Positions 9,940 to 18,483 of a stretch of 64,000 bases of DNA are shown piece after piece (positions within the stretch are counted from its first letter, which is position 1; the number at the start of each line of letters is the position of its first letter). The notes below the pieces were generated by a model, which was given only the letters and a program-made list of their open reading frames with translations, had not been told where the DNA came from and made no database searches. This stretch comes from a virus. Location: positions 32,065-96,064 of IMG/VR virus record IMGVR_UViG_3300020538_000003; one strand, written 5' to 3'. A program made the position numbers and the translations under genes.

Positions 9940-10690
9940 GAATTTTTGGAATTTCCGTGCATGTCATTTTATAGAATTCTTGATTAAATTCAAGTTGATT
10001 TTCTTTTTCGTTCCATTTATAAGAACAAATGCCATTATATCTTTTGAGTTGATAATTAACTTTCGCTTTAAGAAATTCTGAATCTCCACACCAAGAATAA
10101 TGTATTGGATTGCATATTTCTTTCGGTACTTCTAAAATTGGAAGTTGTTTATAGTCTATTAATTCATTATTAATATTATATGCTATATCATTTTCATAAT
10201 AAAAATGGCTTATTGTTTTTTTACCATTAGCATTAACAGCAAATATTCTAGGAGGATTGAATCCTTCTATATATGTTTTTTCTGAAAAAACAAAATTTTT
10301 AAAATTTATTTTATATGTGCAAATATTTTGATTATTTTTAATAAAGTCAATTGTCTTATTTATTTCCTGTTCGGAATATATTTCATCTTGATCAAGTAAC
10401 CATATATAATCTATATCATGGGTTAGTAAATGATTTAAAGGAGAATTCCTTGAGAAAGAATCATTAGATTGTTTTCCCAAACAAATATAATCAATAAAAT
10501 CTCTATGCTCTGTCAATAATTGTATTGGAGTTTCTGTGTCATCAACATCCCAACCACATTCAGCATAATCTTGATATTTATAACTTGATACAGCAACACA
10601 TGAGATTTCTTTAATATTTTTCCATGCAGCTAATACTTTACTTGTATATTGCGGAAATCCATAAAAATTACAAAGAAGACCTATTTTCAT
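9926..10690 (-). CDS. Glycosyltransferase, GT2-like
   Basis: DDTET, SRN..L, DYIWLLDQDE, PPRIF, HYSW...KVNY. Confidence 0.8.
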   Translation of the reverse strand: MKIGLLCNFYGFPQYTSKVLAAWKNIKEISCVAVSSYKYQDYAECGWDVDDTETPIQLLTEHRDFIDYICLGKQSNDSFSRNSPLNHLLTHDIDYIWLLDQDEIYSEQEINKTIDFIKNNQNICTYKINFKNFVFSEKTYIEGFNPPRIFAVNANGKKTISHFYYENDIAYNINNELIDYKQLPILEVPKEICNPIHYSWCGDSEFLKAKVNYQLKRYNGICSYKWNEKENQLEFNQEFYKMTCTEIPKIHDIL

Positions 10691-10694
10691 ATTT

Positions 10695-11486
10695 TTAAAT
10701 TGTTGGCCATAATGGTTGTGAAAAATTATGTTTGTATTTATTTATTGAATTAAATTCATTTGGATCAATAAATATATCGTTTGCTTCTATTTTTTTGTTT
10801 TGAGATAAACTTTTTCTTTCACTCCAAATATCTTTCCAAAAATTTTTATTTAATTGCGATCTTCTGTTTAAGTCAAGGAATCCTAAATGAAATATTTTTA
10901 TAGAATCATCTGTTGCATTCAAACAGCCTAAACAATTAATTAAATTGCCATCTTTGTCTATTAATTCACATGTATCAGATTTTTCGGGATCAAATACTTC
11001 ATTATTTATTTTAGAAAAATTTACAGCACCTCTATAGCAATCTTTTTTTGTATGAATATACCATTTTTGTCCTATATTTTTATAATGATCCAAATCAAAA
11101 AATAAATCAATACTTTTTAACATAAAACTACATGATTTATTTTGACTTATTAAAATATTATATAAATTTATTAAAGAATTTTTGCTGCCAGAGACCCTTT
11201 CATCTAAATCTATTTGAAATACAATTTCATTTGAACAATTTTGTAGACTATGATTTTTTAGAATTCCATCCCAATATAAATTATTAAAATCAATATCTAC
11301 ATCAACAATTTTTATTTTTTCAAAAAATTTATAATTTTTTATTTCTTGTTGTATATCTTCTAGGTCTTTAGTTACCGTACAAATAACTACTTCGTCAAAA
11401 TAATAAAACCAGTTATCTAAAGCTTCAATTAATGATAATTGAATATTTTTTAAATTAAAAACAGTTGTGTAAGCACTAATTTTCAT
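10695..11486 (-). CDS. Glycosyltransferase, GT2-like
   Basis: MKISAYTT, DEVVI, KNHSLQNC, FQIDLDER, IFHLGF. Confidence 0.82.
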   Translation of the reverse strand: MKISAYTTVFNLKNIQLSLIEALDNWFYYFDEVVICTVTKDLEDIQQEIKNYKFFEKIKIVDVDIDFNNLYWDGILKNHSLQNCSNEIVFQIDLDERVSGSKNSLINLYNILISQNKSCSFMLKSIDLFFDLDHYKNIGQKWYIHTKKDCYRGAVNFSKINNEVFDPEKSDTCELIDKDGNLINCLGCLNATDDSIKIFHLGFLDLNRRSQLNKNFWKDIWSERKSLSQNKKIEANDIFIDPNEFNSINKYKHNFSQPLWPTI

Positions 11487-12319
11487 ATTTTTATGATTAA
11501 AGAGAAGTCATGTTTGTCTATCTGATCTCTTGCGCCAAGAAATTCATATCTATACCAGTCGTTGAGTATTTTTTCACTATTAACAGATTCTTTTAAAATT
11601 TCTGTTAAGCCAATTGTTTTAATACATTCTTTTATTGAATTAAGGTCAAGTTGATTATAACCTAACCGCATAATTTCATTAAAAAATTTATATCTAATTT
11701 CATATCTTTGATTTATAAAATCAGCATCATGTTCAAAATGCAAAACTAAATGATTGCTTTGTGGAAACAAATAATATTTCATAAATGCATTAACCCAATG
11801 TAGAGATTCTCTTAATTTAGGGCGTAAATTTTCAAAATATGAATCTTTCCAAAATTCTGTTTGAGTTAATTCAATAGGTTTTTGAGAACCTTTAATTCCT
11901 TCATGTGGATTTCCAACAAATTCATTATATTCATTAAATCTAAACATAAATCTTTTATTGTACAAATAAACTCCATCAATATCATTAATGTTTAATATTT
12001 TAATTAAATCTTTTAATGAGGATGTAAATTCTGGAGATAGTTTTTCTAAAGTATCAATAACAACAAACCAATCTCCTATTCTCATCGGACCTTGAAACAA
12101 ACAATGATTTCTACTGAAATGCAATCTATTGCACCATTTTGTGTATATTATTTCTCCATCACCTTTTACTGATTCTAAATATTCAGAACCCTCATCTTTC
12201 GGATAATGAAATGTCCAAATTAATCCATCAAAATCATCTTTAATTGGATCAATTAAAGATTTTAAATTTTCTAAATTTCCACTAGATGTTAATCCAGTGA
12301 GCCATAGTTTGTTTTGCAT
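11483..12319 (-). CDS. Glycosyltransferase-like protein, GT2-like
   Basis: DEGSEYL, FSRNHCL, WFVVIDTLE (degenerate DxD), FVGNPHE. Confidence 0.65.
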   Translation of the reverse strand: MQNKLWLTGLTSSGNLENLKSLIDPIKDDFDGLIWTFHYPKDEGSEYLESVKGDGEIIYTKWCNRLHFSRNHCLFQGPMRIGDWFVVIDTLEKLSPEFTSSLKDLIKILNINDIDGVYLYNKRFMFRFNEYNEFVGNPHEGIKGSQKPIELTQTEFWKDSYFENLRPKLRESLHWVNAFMKYYLFPQSNHLVLHFEHDADFINQRYEIRYKFFNEIMRLGYNQLDLNSIKECIKTIGLTEILKESVNSEKILNDWYRYEFLGARDQIDKHDFSLIIKI

Positions 12320-12326
12320 TTGGACT

Positions 12327-12355
12327 ATTTTATCAAATAAAGTAAATGTTTTCTA
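12327..12355 (-). promoter_or_regulatory. Putative sigma70-type promoter (TAGAAA-N17-TAAAAT, extended -10), near-leaderless
   Basis: The -10 hexamer ends 7 nt before the ATG at 12319 and is preceded by TGn. Confidence 0.4.
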
Positions 12356-12375
12356 TTTTTTTTATTTAAAAAATT

Positions 12376-13143
12376 TTATTGCCAATAAGTAAAGCTATGT
12401 TTTTTTTCTTTTTCTGGTATTTGTCCATCAATCCAACCATTATTTAGTACAAGCTCCCATTCTTCATCATTAAAATATGGAAAATCAAATTTTTCAGTTG
12501 GTTTTTTTATCATCCACAATTCTTTTGTATCTGTTCTGTGTTTCCACATACTTCCATCTGGATTACTTCTATGACTCCATTTGCCATTATTAAAAAATAT
12601 TGGAATATTTGAATTAAAATAAACACTTTGGTAAGTTAATTTATTTTCAATGATATAATTTTGTATACATTCTTCGGTCCATTTAATTTTATGCCATGGC
12701 CCTGGACCTCCAATTGATTTTGGTATTGAATTATAAAATTCAACAGAAATAAATTGCGCTCTTTCAGAATATTTACCATGACATTGATCTCCCGCTAAAT
12801 CAACATAAGAAAATCCTTTCTCTTCTATTAAATCAATAAAAATTTCAATATGTTCATTATTTAGTTCTGCGGCTAAAATATGATCTGACTGAATATAAAA
12901 AGCATATTTACTTTGACATTGAGCAAATAATTGAATTGTTCCTGCACCACACCCTACATTAACATCATTTAAAATTAACTTATTAATTAAACCTTGTTCT
13001 TTTAATTTTTTAGCATAATCTTGTCTTCCGCCATTTGAAAGAAAAGTTACAATATATGGAAATTTACTATATTGTTTAATGCTATTTAAGAGAAGGGTCG
13101 CCTCTTCTTCTCTTTCGTAATCTAAAATTAAATATTCTATCAT
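12376..13143 (-). CDS. Glycosyltransferase, GT2-like
   Basis: LILDYER, LSNGG, NVGCGAG, FYIQSDH. Confidence 0.7.
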   Translation of the reverse strand: MIEYLILDYEREEEATLLLNSIKQYSKFPYIVTFLSNGGRQDYAKKLKEQGLINKLILNDVNVGCGAGTIQLFAQCQSKYAFYIQSDHILAAELNNEHIEIFIDLIEEKGFSYVDLAGDQCHGKYSERAQFISVEFYNSIPKSIGGPGPWHKIKWTEECIQNYIIENKLTYQSVYFNSNIPIFFNNGKWSHRSNPDGSMWKHRTDTKELWMIKKPTEKFDFPYFNDEEWELVLNNGWIDGQIPEKEKKHSFTYWQ

Positions 13144-13174
13144 AAAAAACCTCTGAGTTAAAAACCCAGAGGTT
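13144..13174 (-). terminator. Intrinsic terminator downstream of hsp20
   Basis: On the - strand: AACCTCTGGG-TTTTTAA-CTCAGAGGTT followed by TTTT. Confidence 0.75.
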
Positions 13175-13193
13175 CAAGTTTATTGAACAATGG

Positions 13194-13625
13194 TTACTTA
13201 ACTTTTATAGTTATATCTCTTTTTTGTTCTTTTTCAAGAGGTATTTTAATAGAAAGTAAACCATTTTTATATGATGCGTCAATTGCATCTTTATCAACAT
13301 TATCATGCAAAGTAAATTGCTTTTTAATGCTACGGCGAGATATTTTTTGATGATAAACCTCACCCTTGTTGGTTTTTTCTTTTGCTAATGCTTCAACTTT
13401 TAATGTTTGTCCAGAAACAAATACTTTGATGTCTTCTTGTTCTAGCCCAACTAGGGCGAATTCAAGAATAATATTTCCATCTTTATCCTTATAGATATCA
13501 TAAGGATCAGAGGTCCAAATATCATTTTCATGATTTGTTTCAAGATAATTAAACATTTTCTTGAAAATATCCCCTTCAAAAATAAAGGGGGACGATAGGT
13601 TGTTGTATTTTAATGTCATAGTCAT
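13194..13625 (-). CDS. Small heat shock protein (Hsp20/IbpA family)
   Basis: PYDI, LEFALVG...EDI.V, HQKISRR, A.YKNGLL.I.IP. Confidence 0.93.
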   Translation of the reverse strand: MTMTLKYNNLSSPFIFEGDIFKKMFNYLETNHENDIWTSDPYDIYKDKDGNIILEFALVGLEQEDIKVFVSGQTLKVEALAKEKTNKGEVYHQKISRRSIKKQFTLHDNVDKDAIDASYKNGLLSIKIPLEKEQKRDITIKVK

Positions 13626-13685
13626 ACTACTTTTTAGTTAGTTTGTTTTTTTAATGCATCCATTTAGGTATGCAGTAAAAATTTT

Positions 13686-13844
13686 TTATAAAAAGAGTTC
13701 TTTTTCAGTTTCTTGATCAAAGAATTCTTTTTTAATTCTACCAATTATAAAATTCAAAGTTTCATCTTCTATTTTTTCTCCTTGGTTTTCGTCAAAAAAA
13801 ACATTAGATTCTTTTACTTCAGAGTCTGTAGGTAGAAAAATCAT
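13686..13844 (-). CDS. Small acidic hypothetical protein (52 aa)
   Basis: Not in the track. MIFLPTDSEVKESNVFFDENQGEKIEDETLNFIIGRIKKEFFDQETEKELFL fills the gap between nrdA and hsp20. Confidence 0.55.
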   Translation of the reverse strand: MIFLPTDSEVKESNVFFDENQGEKIEDETLNFIIGRIKKEFFDQETEKELFL

Positions 13845-13882
13845 TGCTTATGTATATACAAGCAAAAATTAATTTTGGGAAA

Positions 13883-15547
13883 TTAAGATTCACATGTTGA
13901 ACATGATAAGATTGATCTACTAAGCTCTTGAGCTGGATTGCTTGAGCGTTGATAATATAATCCTTTAATTCCTTGCTCCCAAGCAAAGATCATTAATTCA
14001 TTAACCTCTTTAGGTTTTGTGTTTGGCGGAATCATTAAATTAAGAGATTGTCCTTGATCAATATACTTTTGTCTTTGTGCGGCCTGTATTACAATTTCTT
14101 TTTGTGAGATTTCTCCAAAAGTTTTAAAAATATTTTTTTCTTCTGTAGTAAGAAAATCTAAATGTTGAACAGATCCACCATGGGTAAGAATATCTTTCCA
14201 TGTATCTTGATCATTTTTACCTTTTTCTTTAAGAAGCTTCTCAAGATATGGATTACGATATGTAAACTTACCTTTAGCAAGATCTTTAACAAAGTAATTA
14301 CTATTTAGTGGTTCAATAGATGGTGATACTTGACCAAGAATAAATGAACTGCTGGTAGTAGGTGCTACTGCAAGAGTGGTTGAATTACGACGACTATATC
14401 CCTTTAACATAAATGGCTCTCCAAAGATATCTGCAAGTTCAGATGTAGCTTTATCAGATCTTTCTCTAATAGTTTTCCAAATTTGACTATTAAGTAATTT
14501 AGCATCAATTGATTCAAATGAAATCAATTTTGATTGAAGTAGTGAATGCCACCCAAGAACACCAACGCCAAGAGCGCGTTGATTAATAGCAAATTTACGA
14601 GGCGCTCGCATAAATTTATCTGTATTTAATCCAGATCCAGTTTTAAGAATAAATTCAGACATTACTGCATCAAGGAAGTAAACAAGAGTTTCGACCGCAT
14701 CTGTTTCAGCAATCTCATCCCATTTTTCAAGATTAAGTGATGAAAGATTACAAACAAATGATTCATCTTCTGAATTGGAAAGCATAATTTCATTGCAAAG
14801 ATTTGAATTATTAATTTTTAATCCTTGATCTTTATACATTTGTGGAGCTTGGTTGTTAGCGTTATCAGAGAAAAAGATATAAGGATATCCAGACTCAAAA
14901 CGCTTTTTAATAACAAGACCCCATATTTTACGAGCCTCTTTATCTCCATTGATCATTTTATTCATCCATTCATCAGAAACACAAACCCCGATTGACATCT
15001 CTTGAATTTCATGACCTTCACCACGAATTTTAAGAAACTCTTCAATATCTGGATGATCAATTGGAAGATATGCGGCAAAAGAACCTCTACGAACATTTCC
15101 TTGAGAAACAACATTCATTAACTTATCATAAAGCTCCATGAAGTGAACTGAACCAGTAGACTTGCCACCAGATGAAATCTCTGCGCCTCTGCCACGTAAT
15201 GCTCCAAAATATGCACTTGTTCCACCTCCGCATTTAGTCATTTGACCCACTTCCGCTATCTTTTCAAGAATAGAAGACATTTCATCAGCGATAAAACTGC
15301 CAAAACAAGAAATTGGCAAACCTCTTTCACGGCCAAAGTTACTCCAGATTGGACTTGATAAAGAGTAAAAACCTTTGGCCATATAATCATAGAACTTATC
15401 TGAAAATCCATCCATGTCACCCAATAAATATTGTGCCTTATCAGCTACATCTTTAATTCTCTGCTCTGGGGTTTCACCTTCAAGTAGATAACCTCTTTCA
15501 AGAAACTTTCTTGAATCTTTATTTAACCAATATATTTCGCTCTTCAT
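13883..15547 (-). CDS. nrdA: Class I ribonucleotide reductase alpha subunit (short, no ATP cone)
   Basis: SSPIWSN.G...GLPISCF, QGNVRRG, SNLCNEI, APTTSSS, IDQGQSLN, KGLYYQR, C-terminal CSTCES. Confidence 0.96.
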   Translation of the reverse strand: MKSEIYWLNKDSRKFLERGYLLEGETPEQRIKDVADKAQYLLGDMDGFSDKFYDYMAKGFYSLSSPIWSNFGRERGLPISCFGSFIADEMSSILEKIAEVGQMTKCGGGTSAYFGALRGRGAEISSGGKSTGSVHFMELYDKLMNVVSQGNVRRGSFAAYLPIDHPDIEEFLKIRGEGHEIQEMSIGVCVSDEWMNKMINGDKEARKIWGLVIKKRFESGYPYIFFSDNANNQAPQMYKDQGLKINNSNLCNEIMLSNSEDESFVCNLSSLNLEKWDEIAETDAVETLVYFLDAVMSEFILKTGSGLNTDKFMRAPRKFAINQRALGVGVLGWHSLLQSKLISFESIDAKLLNSQIWKTIRERSDKATSELADIFGEPFMLKGYSRRNSTTLAVAPTTSSSFILGQVSPSIEPLNSNYFVKDLAKGKFTYRNPYLEKLLKEKGKNDQDTWKDILTHGGSVQHLDFLTTEEKNIFKTFGEISQKEIVIQAAQRQKYIDQGQSLNLMIPPNTKPKEVNELMIFAWEQGIKGLYYQRSSNPAQELSRSILSCSTCES

Positions 15548-15550
15548 AAA

Positions 15551-16522
15551 TTAAAACAAATCGTCTTCACTGAATGATTGATTCTTCTTGCTGTATTCCA
15601 CTGGTCTTGAGTGAAAGAAATCAGTCATGTTGTTGCCTAAAAGTTCTTCATCAAACCATGTTGTAGATGATATAAGATTTTGATCAATTTTAAATACTTT
15701 TGGGAAATTAATTTGAGATAAAGATTCATTAATTCTATTTTTAATAAATTCTTTTAAGATATCTGCGGATAATCCGTCTTGATTAATTTCGTTAATCATC
15801 CAATCAACAATTTTTGATTCTGATTTAAAAGCTTCTTCAGCTTCGTGTAGAATCCTTTCCTGGAGTTCTTCATCAAAAAGCTCTGGATGTTCGTCACGGA
15901 TAGTATTAATAATTTTAATACCAACTAAAGCATGAATATTCTCTTCGTTGCGAGTATATTTTACCTGTTGATCTGTATCCTTCAGAACATTTTTAAATCT
16001 CGCAAACCAGTTAATAACATAGAATTGCGAGAACAAAGAAACGTTTTCAACAAATAACGTAAATAGAATCAAAGCATAAAGATATTGTTTCTTAGAGTCT
16101 TTATAAAATTTATGAGTATACTTTTTTAGGTATTTTACTCTTCCTTGAATCCATTCAAGTTTAAGGTTTTCATCAAAAACGTCTTCTAAATCAAGGATGC
16201 TAATAAGTCTTTCGTATGCGTTATTATGAATAACTTCGATATTAGCCATTACATAACCAAGATCTTGAAGAGATGGGTGTGGCAGATTTTCGCCAAGCTT
16301 AGCCCAAAATGTTTTTACCGCTACTTCAATTTGACCAATTGCCGATAAAGTACGAATAATTGTTTCTCTTTCTTGATCTGTTAGTTCTGTTTTAAACTGT
16401 TGCACGTCAGCCTTAAATGAAAACTCTTTATCTGTCCAAAAACCATTATGCATAGCCTCGATAAATTGTTCCGTCCAAGGATATTTGTTTGGTTTGCGAG
16501 AAATTTGCTCTTCGAATATCAT
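15551..16522 (-). CDS. nrdB: Class I ribonucleotide reductase beta subunit (class Id/NrdBi-like)
   Basis: QIEVAVK, EVIHNNAY, ENVSLF, EENIH, DFFHSRPVEY. Confidence 0.95.
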   Translation of the reverse strand: MIFEEQISRKPNKYPWTEQFIEAMHNGFWTDKEFSFKADVQQFKTELTDQERETIIRTLSAIGQIEVAVKTFWAKLGENLPHPSLQDLGYVMANIEVIHNNAYERLISILDLEDVFDENLKLEWIQGRVKYLKKYTHKFYKDSKKQYLYALILFTLFVENVSLFSQFYVINWFARFKNVLKDTDQQVKYTRNEENIHALVGIKIINTIRDEHPELFDEELQERILHEAEEAFKSESKIVDWMINEINQDGLSADILKEFIKNRINESLSQINFPKVFKIDQNLISSTTWFDEELLGNNMTDFFHSRPVEYSKKNQSFSEDDLF

Positions 16523-16530
16523 AGTTAATT

Positions 16531-16536
16531 TTACAC
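16531..16536 (-). promoter_or_regulatory. GTGTAA motif upstream of nrdB (putative phage-specific promoter)
   Basis: Recurrent motif located shortly before start codons; see findings. Confidence 0.55.
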
Positions 16537-16594
16537 AGTCTATGGGATCATGAATATTTTAGCAAGCAAATTTTTCTTAAATAATTTTTTTCCC

Positions 16595-16669
16595 ATATTA
16601 TTACGAACGTAGTGAGTAATAATATTACGTAACCTTTACTCTTTATTCTTTACTTAACCTTTACTCTTT
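16595..16669. repeat. 10-bp inverted repeat plus direct repeats (ori-like region)
   Basis: ATATTATTAC-GAACGTAGTGA-GTAATAATAT at 16595-16625; AACCTTTACTCTTT at 16631 and 16656. Confidence 0.75.
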
Positions 16670-16698
16670 TACGAAACCTCAAAAAGCGAACCCTTTAC

Positions 16699-16726
16699 AT
16701 TATAGGGTTATTTAAAAATCTGTCAA
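16699..16726 (-). promoter_or_regulatory. Consensus sigma70 promoter TTGACA-N16-TATAAT, leftward
   Basis: Plus strand reads ATTATA at 16699-16704 and TGTCAA at 16721-16726. Confidence 0.8.
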
Positions 16727-16740
16727 GATAAAAAAAACTA

Positions 16741-16768
16741 TTGACAAAAAAAATATTTTTGTTAAACT
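16741..16768 (+). promoter_or_regulatory. Sigma70 promoter TTGACA-N16-TAAACT for the dUTPase operon
   Basis: The -10 hexamer ends 7 nt before the ATG at 16776. Confidence 0.75.
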
Positions 16769-16775
16769 AGTTGAT

Positions 16776-17282
16776 ATGTTAGATACTGTGAATGTTTCAA
16801 ATTTTTACTCTATAATCTCGCCTCAGAATAAAGGAGATTCTGGTTATGATATAATTGCGAGTTCAGAACCCTCAATTCAAGGAATTGAATTAGATGGTGA
16901 TGGAAATTATCTTTCGATTGACTTTATTGAATACGAAACAAATTTAATTATTCAGCCTCAAGAGGGATATCATACATATATCTTTCCAAGGTCTTCGATT
17001 TCAAAATATAATCTTGTTTTAGCCAATTCCATTGGTTTAATAGACAACGGCTATCGTGGGACACTTAAACTTAGATTTAAATATATTGCTCAACCAATTG
17101 ATTATAAAATTTACGAAAATAATAAGTTATGCATTAACATAAATAAGAACAAAATTTACAAAATGAAAGATAAAATAGCGCAATTAGTTTTTGGTGAGAG
17201 TATTACACCTATTCTTAAAGAGGTAAATGAATTCCATGATACTGAAAGAAATATTTTAGGTTTTGGAAGCACTGGCGTATGA
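16776..17282 (+). CDS. dut: dUTPase (trimeric)
   Basis: GDSGYD, PRSS, GLIDNGYRG, IAQL, R...GFGSTG. Confidence 0.95.
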   Translation: MLDTVNVSNFYSIISPQNKGDSGYDIIASSEPSIQGIELDGDGNYLSIDFIEYETNLIIQPQEGYHTYIFPRSSISKYNLVLANSIGLIDNGYRGTLKLRFKYIAQPIDYKIYENNKLCININKNKIYKMKDKIAQLVFGESITPILKEVNEFHDTERNILGFGSTGV

Positions 17283-17893
17283 AAGTTATAGCTATATCAG
17301 GAATCGCTCGGTCTGGCAAAGATACAATTGCAGATAAACTTTCAGAAGTCATCTCTGAAATGAACCCTGGCTTAAAAATTTCTAGAGAAAGTTTCGCTTC
17401 AATTTTAAAGCAAGAGATGTCTACGTTTATTTACGAAAAATTTAATAAAGACATCTTTAGCCTAGAAGGACAAGACAAAGAGAATTTAAGACCACTTTTA
17501 GTTGCATACGGTTCAGCAAAAAGAAATCTTAGCAATGGTAGATATTTTATAGAAGCATTGCAAAAAAAGATTAGTATAGAAAACAATGATTTATGCATCA
17601 TTTCAGACTTGAGATACGCTGATAAAGATTTTGACGAGCTTCATTGGCTTAAAAATGAAATGGGCGGTAAATTAATCCATATCAAAAGGTATAGCGTTAT
17701 AGATAATCAAAAAAAACAAAAAAAGTTTCTTTTGCCGCCAAATGAAGATGAAAAAAGAAATGATCCAGTTTTAAATAAAAACTCTGATTTCAATATTATT
17801 TGGCCATCTGCTAAAAATGATATCGAGTTAAACGAAATGGCTAGAAATTTTTGTGAAGATTTTTACTATAAAAATATATCATATCTTATCTAA
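17279..17893 (+). CDS. Deoxynucleoside monophosphate kinase
   Basis: ISGIARSGKDT, SFA..LK, RPLLVAYG...R, IISDLRY. Confidence 0.88.
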   Translation: MKVIAISGIARSGKDTIADKLSEVISEMNPGLKISRESFASILKQEMSTFIYEKFNKDIFSLEGQDKENLRPLLVAYGSAKRNLSNGRYFIEALQKKISIENNDLCIISDLRYADKDFDELHWLKNEMGGKLIHIKRYSVIDNQKKQKKFLLPPNEDEKRNDPVLNKNSDFNIIWPSAKNDIELNEMARNFCEDFYYKNISYLI

Positions 17894-18483
17894 TGCAACC
17901 ATCTGATCCATTATTAGCCAATTTAGTAAAAGAGTCCAATGATGAGGGCGCTTTAAAAGAACTTATTTCTCGTCATTCTGGAATATACCTTGATATGATC
18001 AAAAAATTTGGATCTAGATCTTTGAGTAGTAATCAAATAAGTGATATGGTAGAAGATAAAAACTATCAAATTTATAAAGCCGCGCTTGAATATGATGAAA
18101 GCAAGAGCAAGTTTTCAACCTACCTGGCGCTAAAAACTAAATATCTTTGCTTGACAAATAAAACAAACAATAAGAAAAATTCTAATATTGTTAATTTTGA
18201 TGAAATTGAATTTACTCAAGAATACAAGGGTTTCGACCCAAGTGAAGAATCTTCTAGAAATGAATCATTTTTAAAAATTTATAATTTAATAAATAACCAT
18301 TACGATGAAAGAATAAAGATTATATTTAGAGAAAGATATTTTTCAAACACAAATGGATCTTTAAAACCATGGAAGCAAATAGCGTCAAAAGTTGGACTGT
18401 CAATCCAAGGATGCATCAACATACACAATAAAACAATAAAAGAATTTCAAGAAAAAATAACAAATGAACAACTTAATTTTTGA
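17893..18483 (+). CDS. Sigma70-like transcription factor
   Basis: Region 2-like A...YD...SKFSTY; region 4 HTH PWKQIASKVGLSIQGC. Confidence 0.8.
   Translation: MQPSDPLLANLVKESNDEGALKELISRHSGIYLDMIKKFGSRSLSSNQISDMVEDKNYQIYKAALEYDESKSKFSTYLALKTKYLCLTNKTNNKKNSNIVNFDEIEFTQEYKGFDPSEESSRNESFLKIYNLINNHYDERIKIIFRERYFSNTNGSLKPWKQIASKVGLSIQGCINIHNKTIKEFQEKITNEQLNF

Noticed and set aside
13650-13680. CIRCE element upstream of hsp20
   Set aside because: It does not match TTAGCACTC-N9-GAGTGCTAA.
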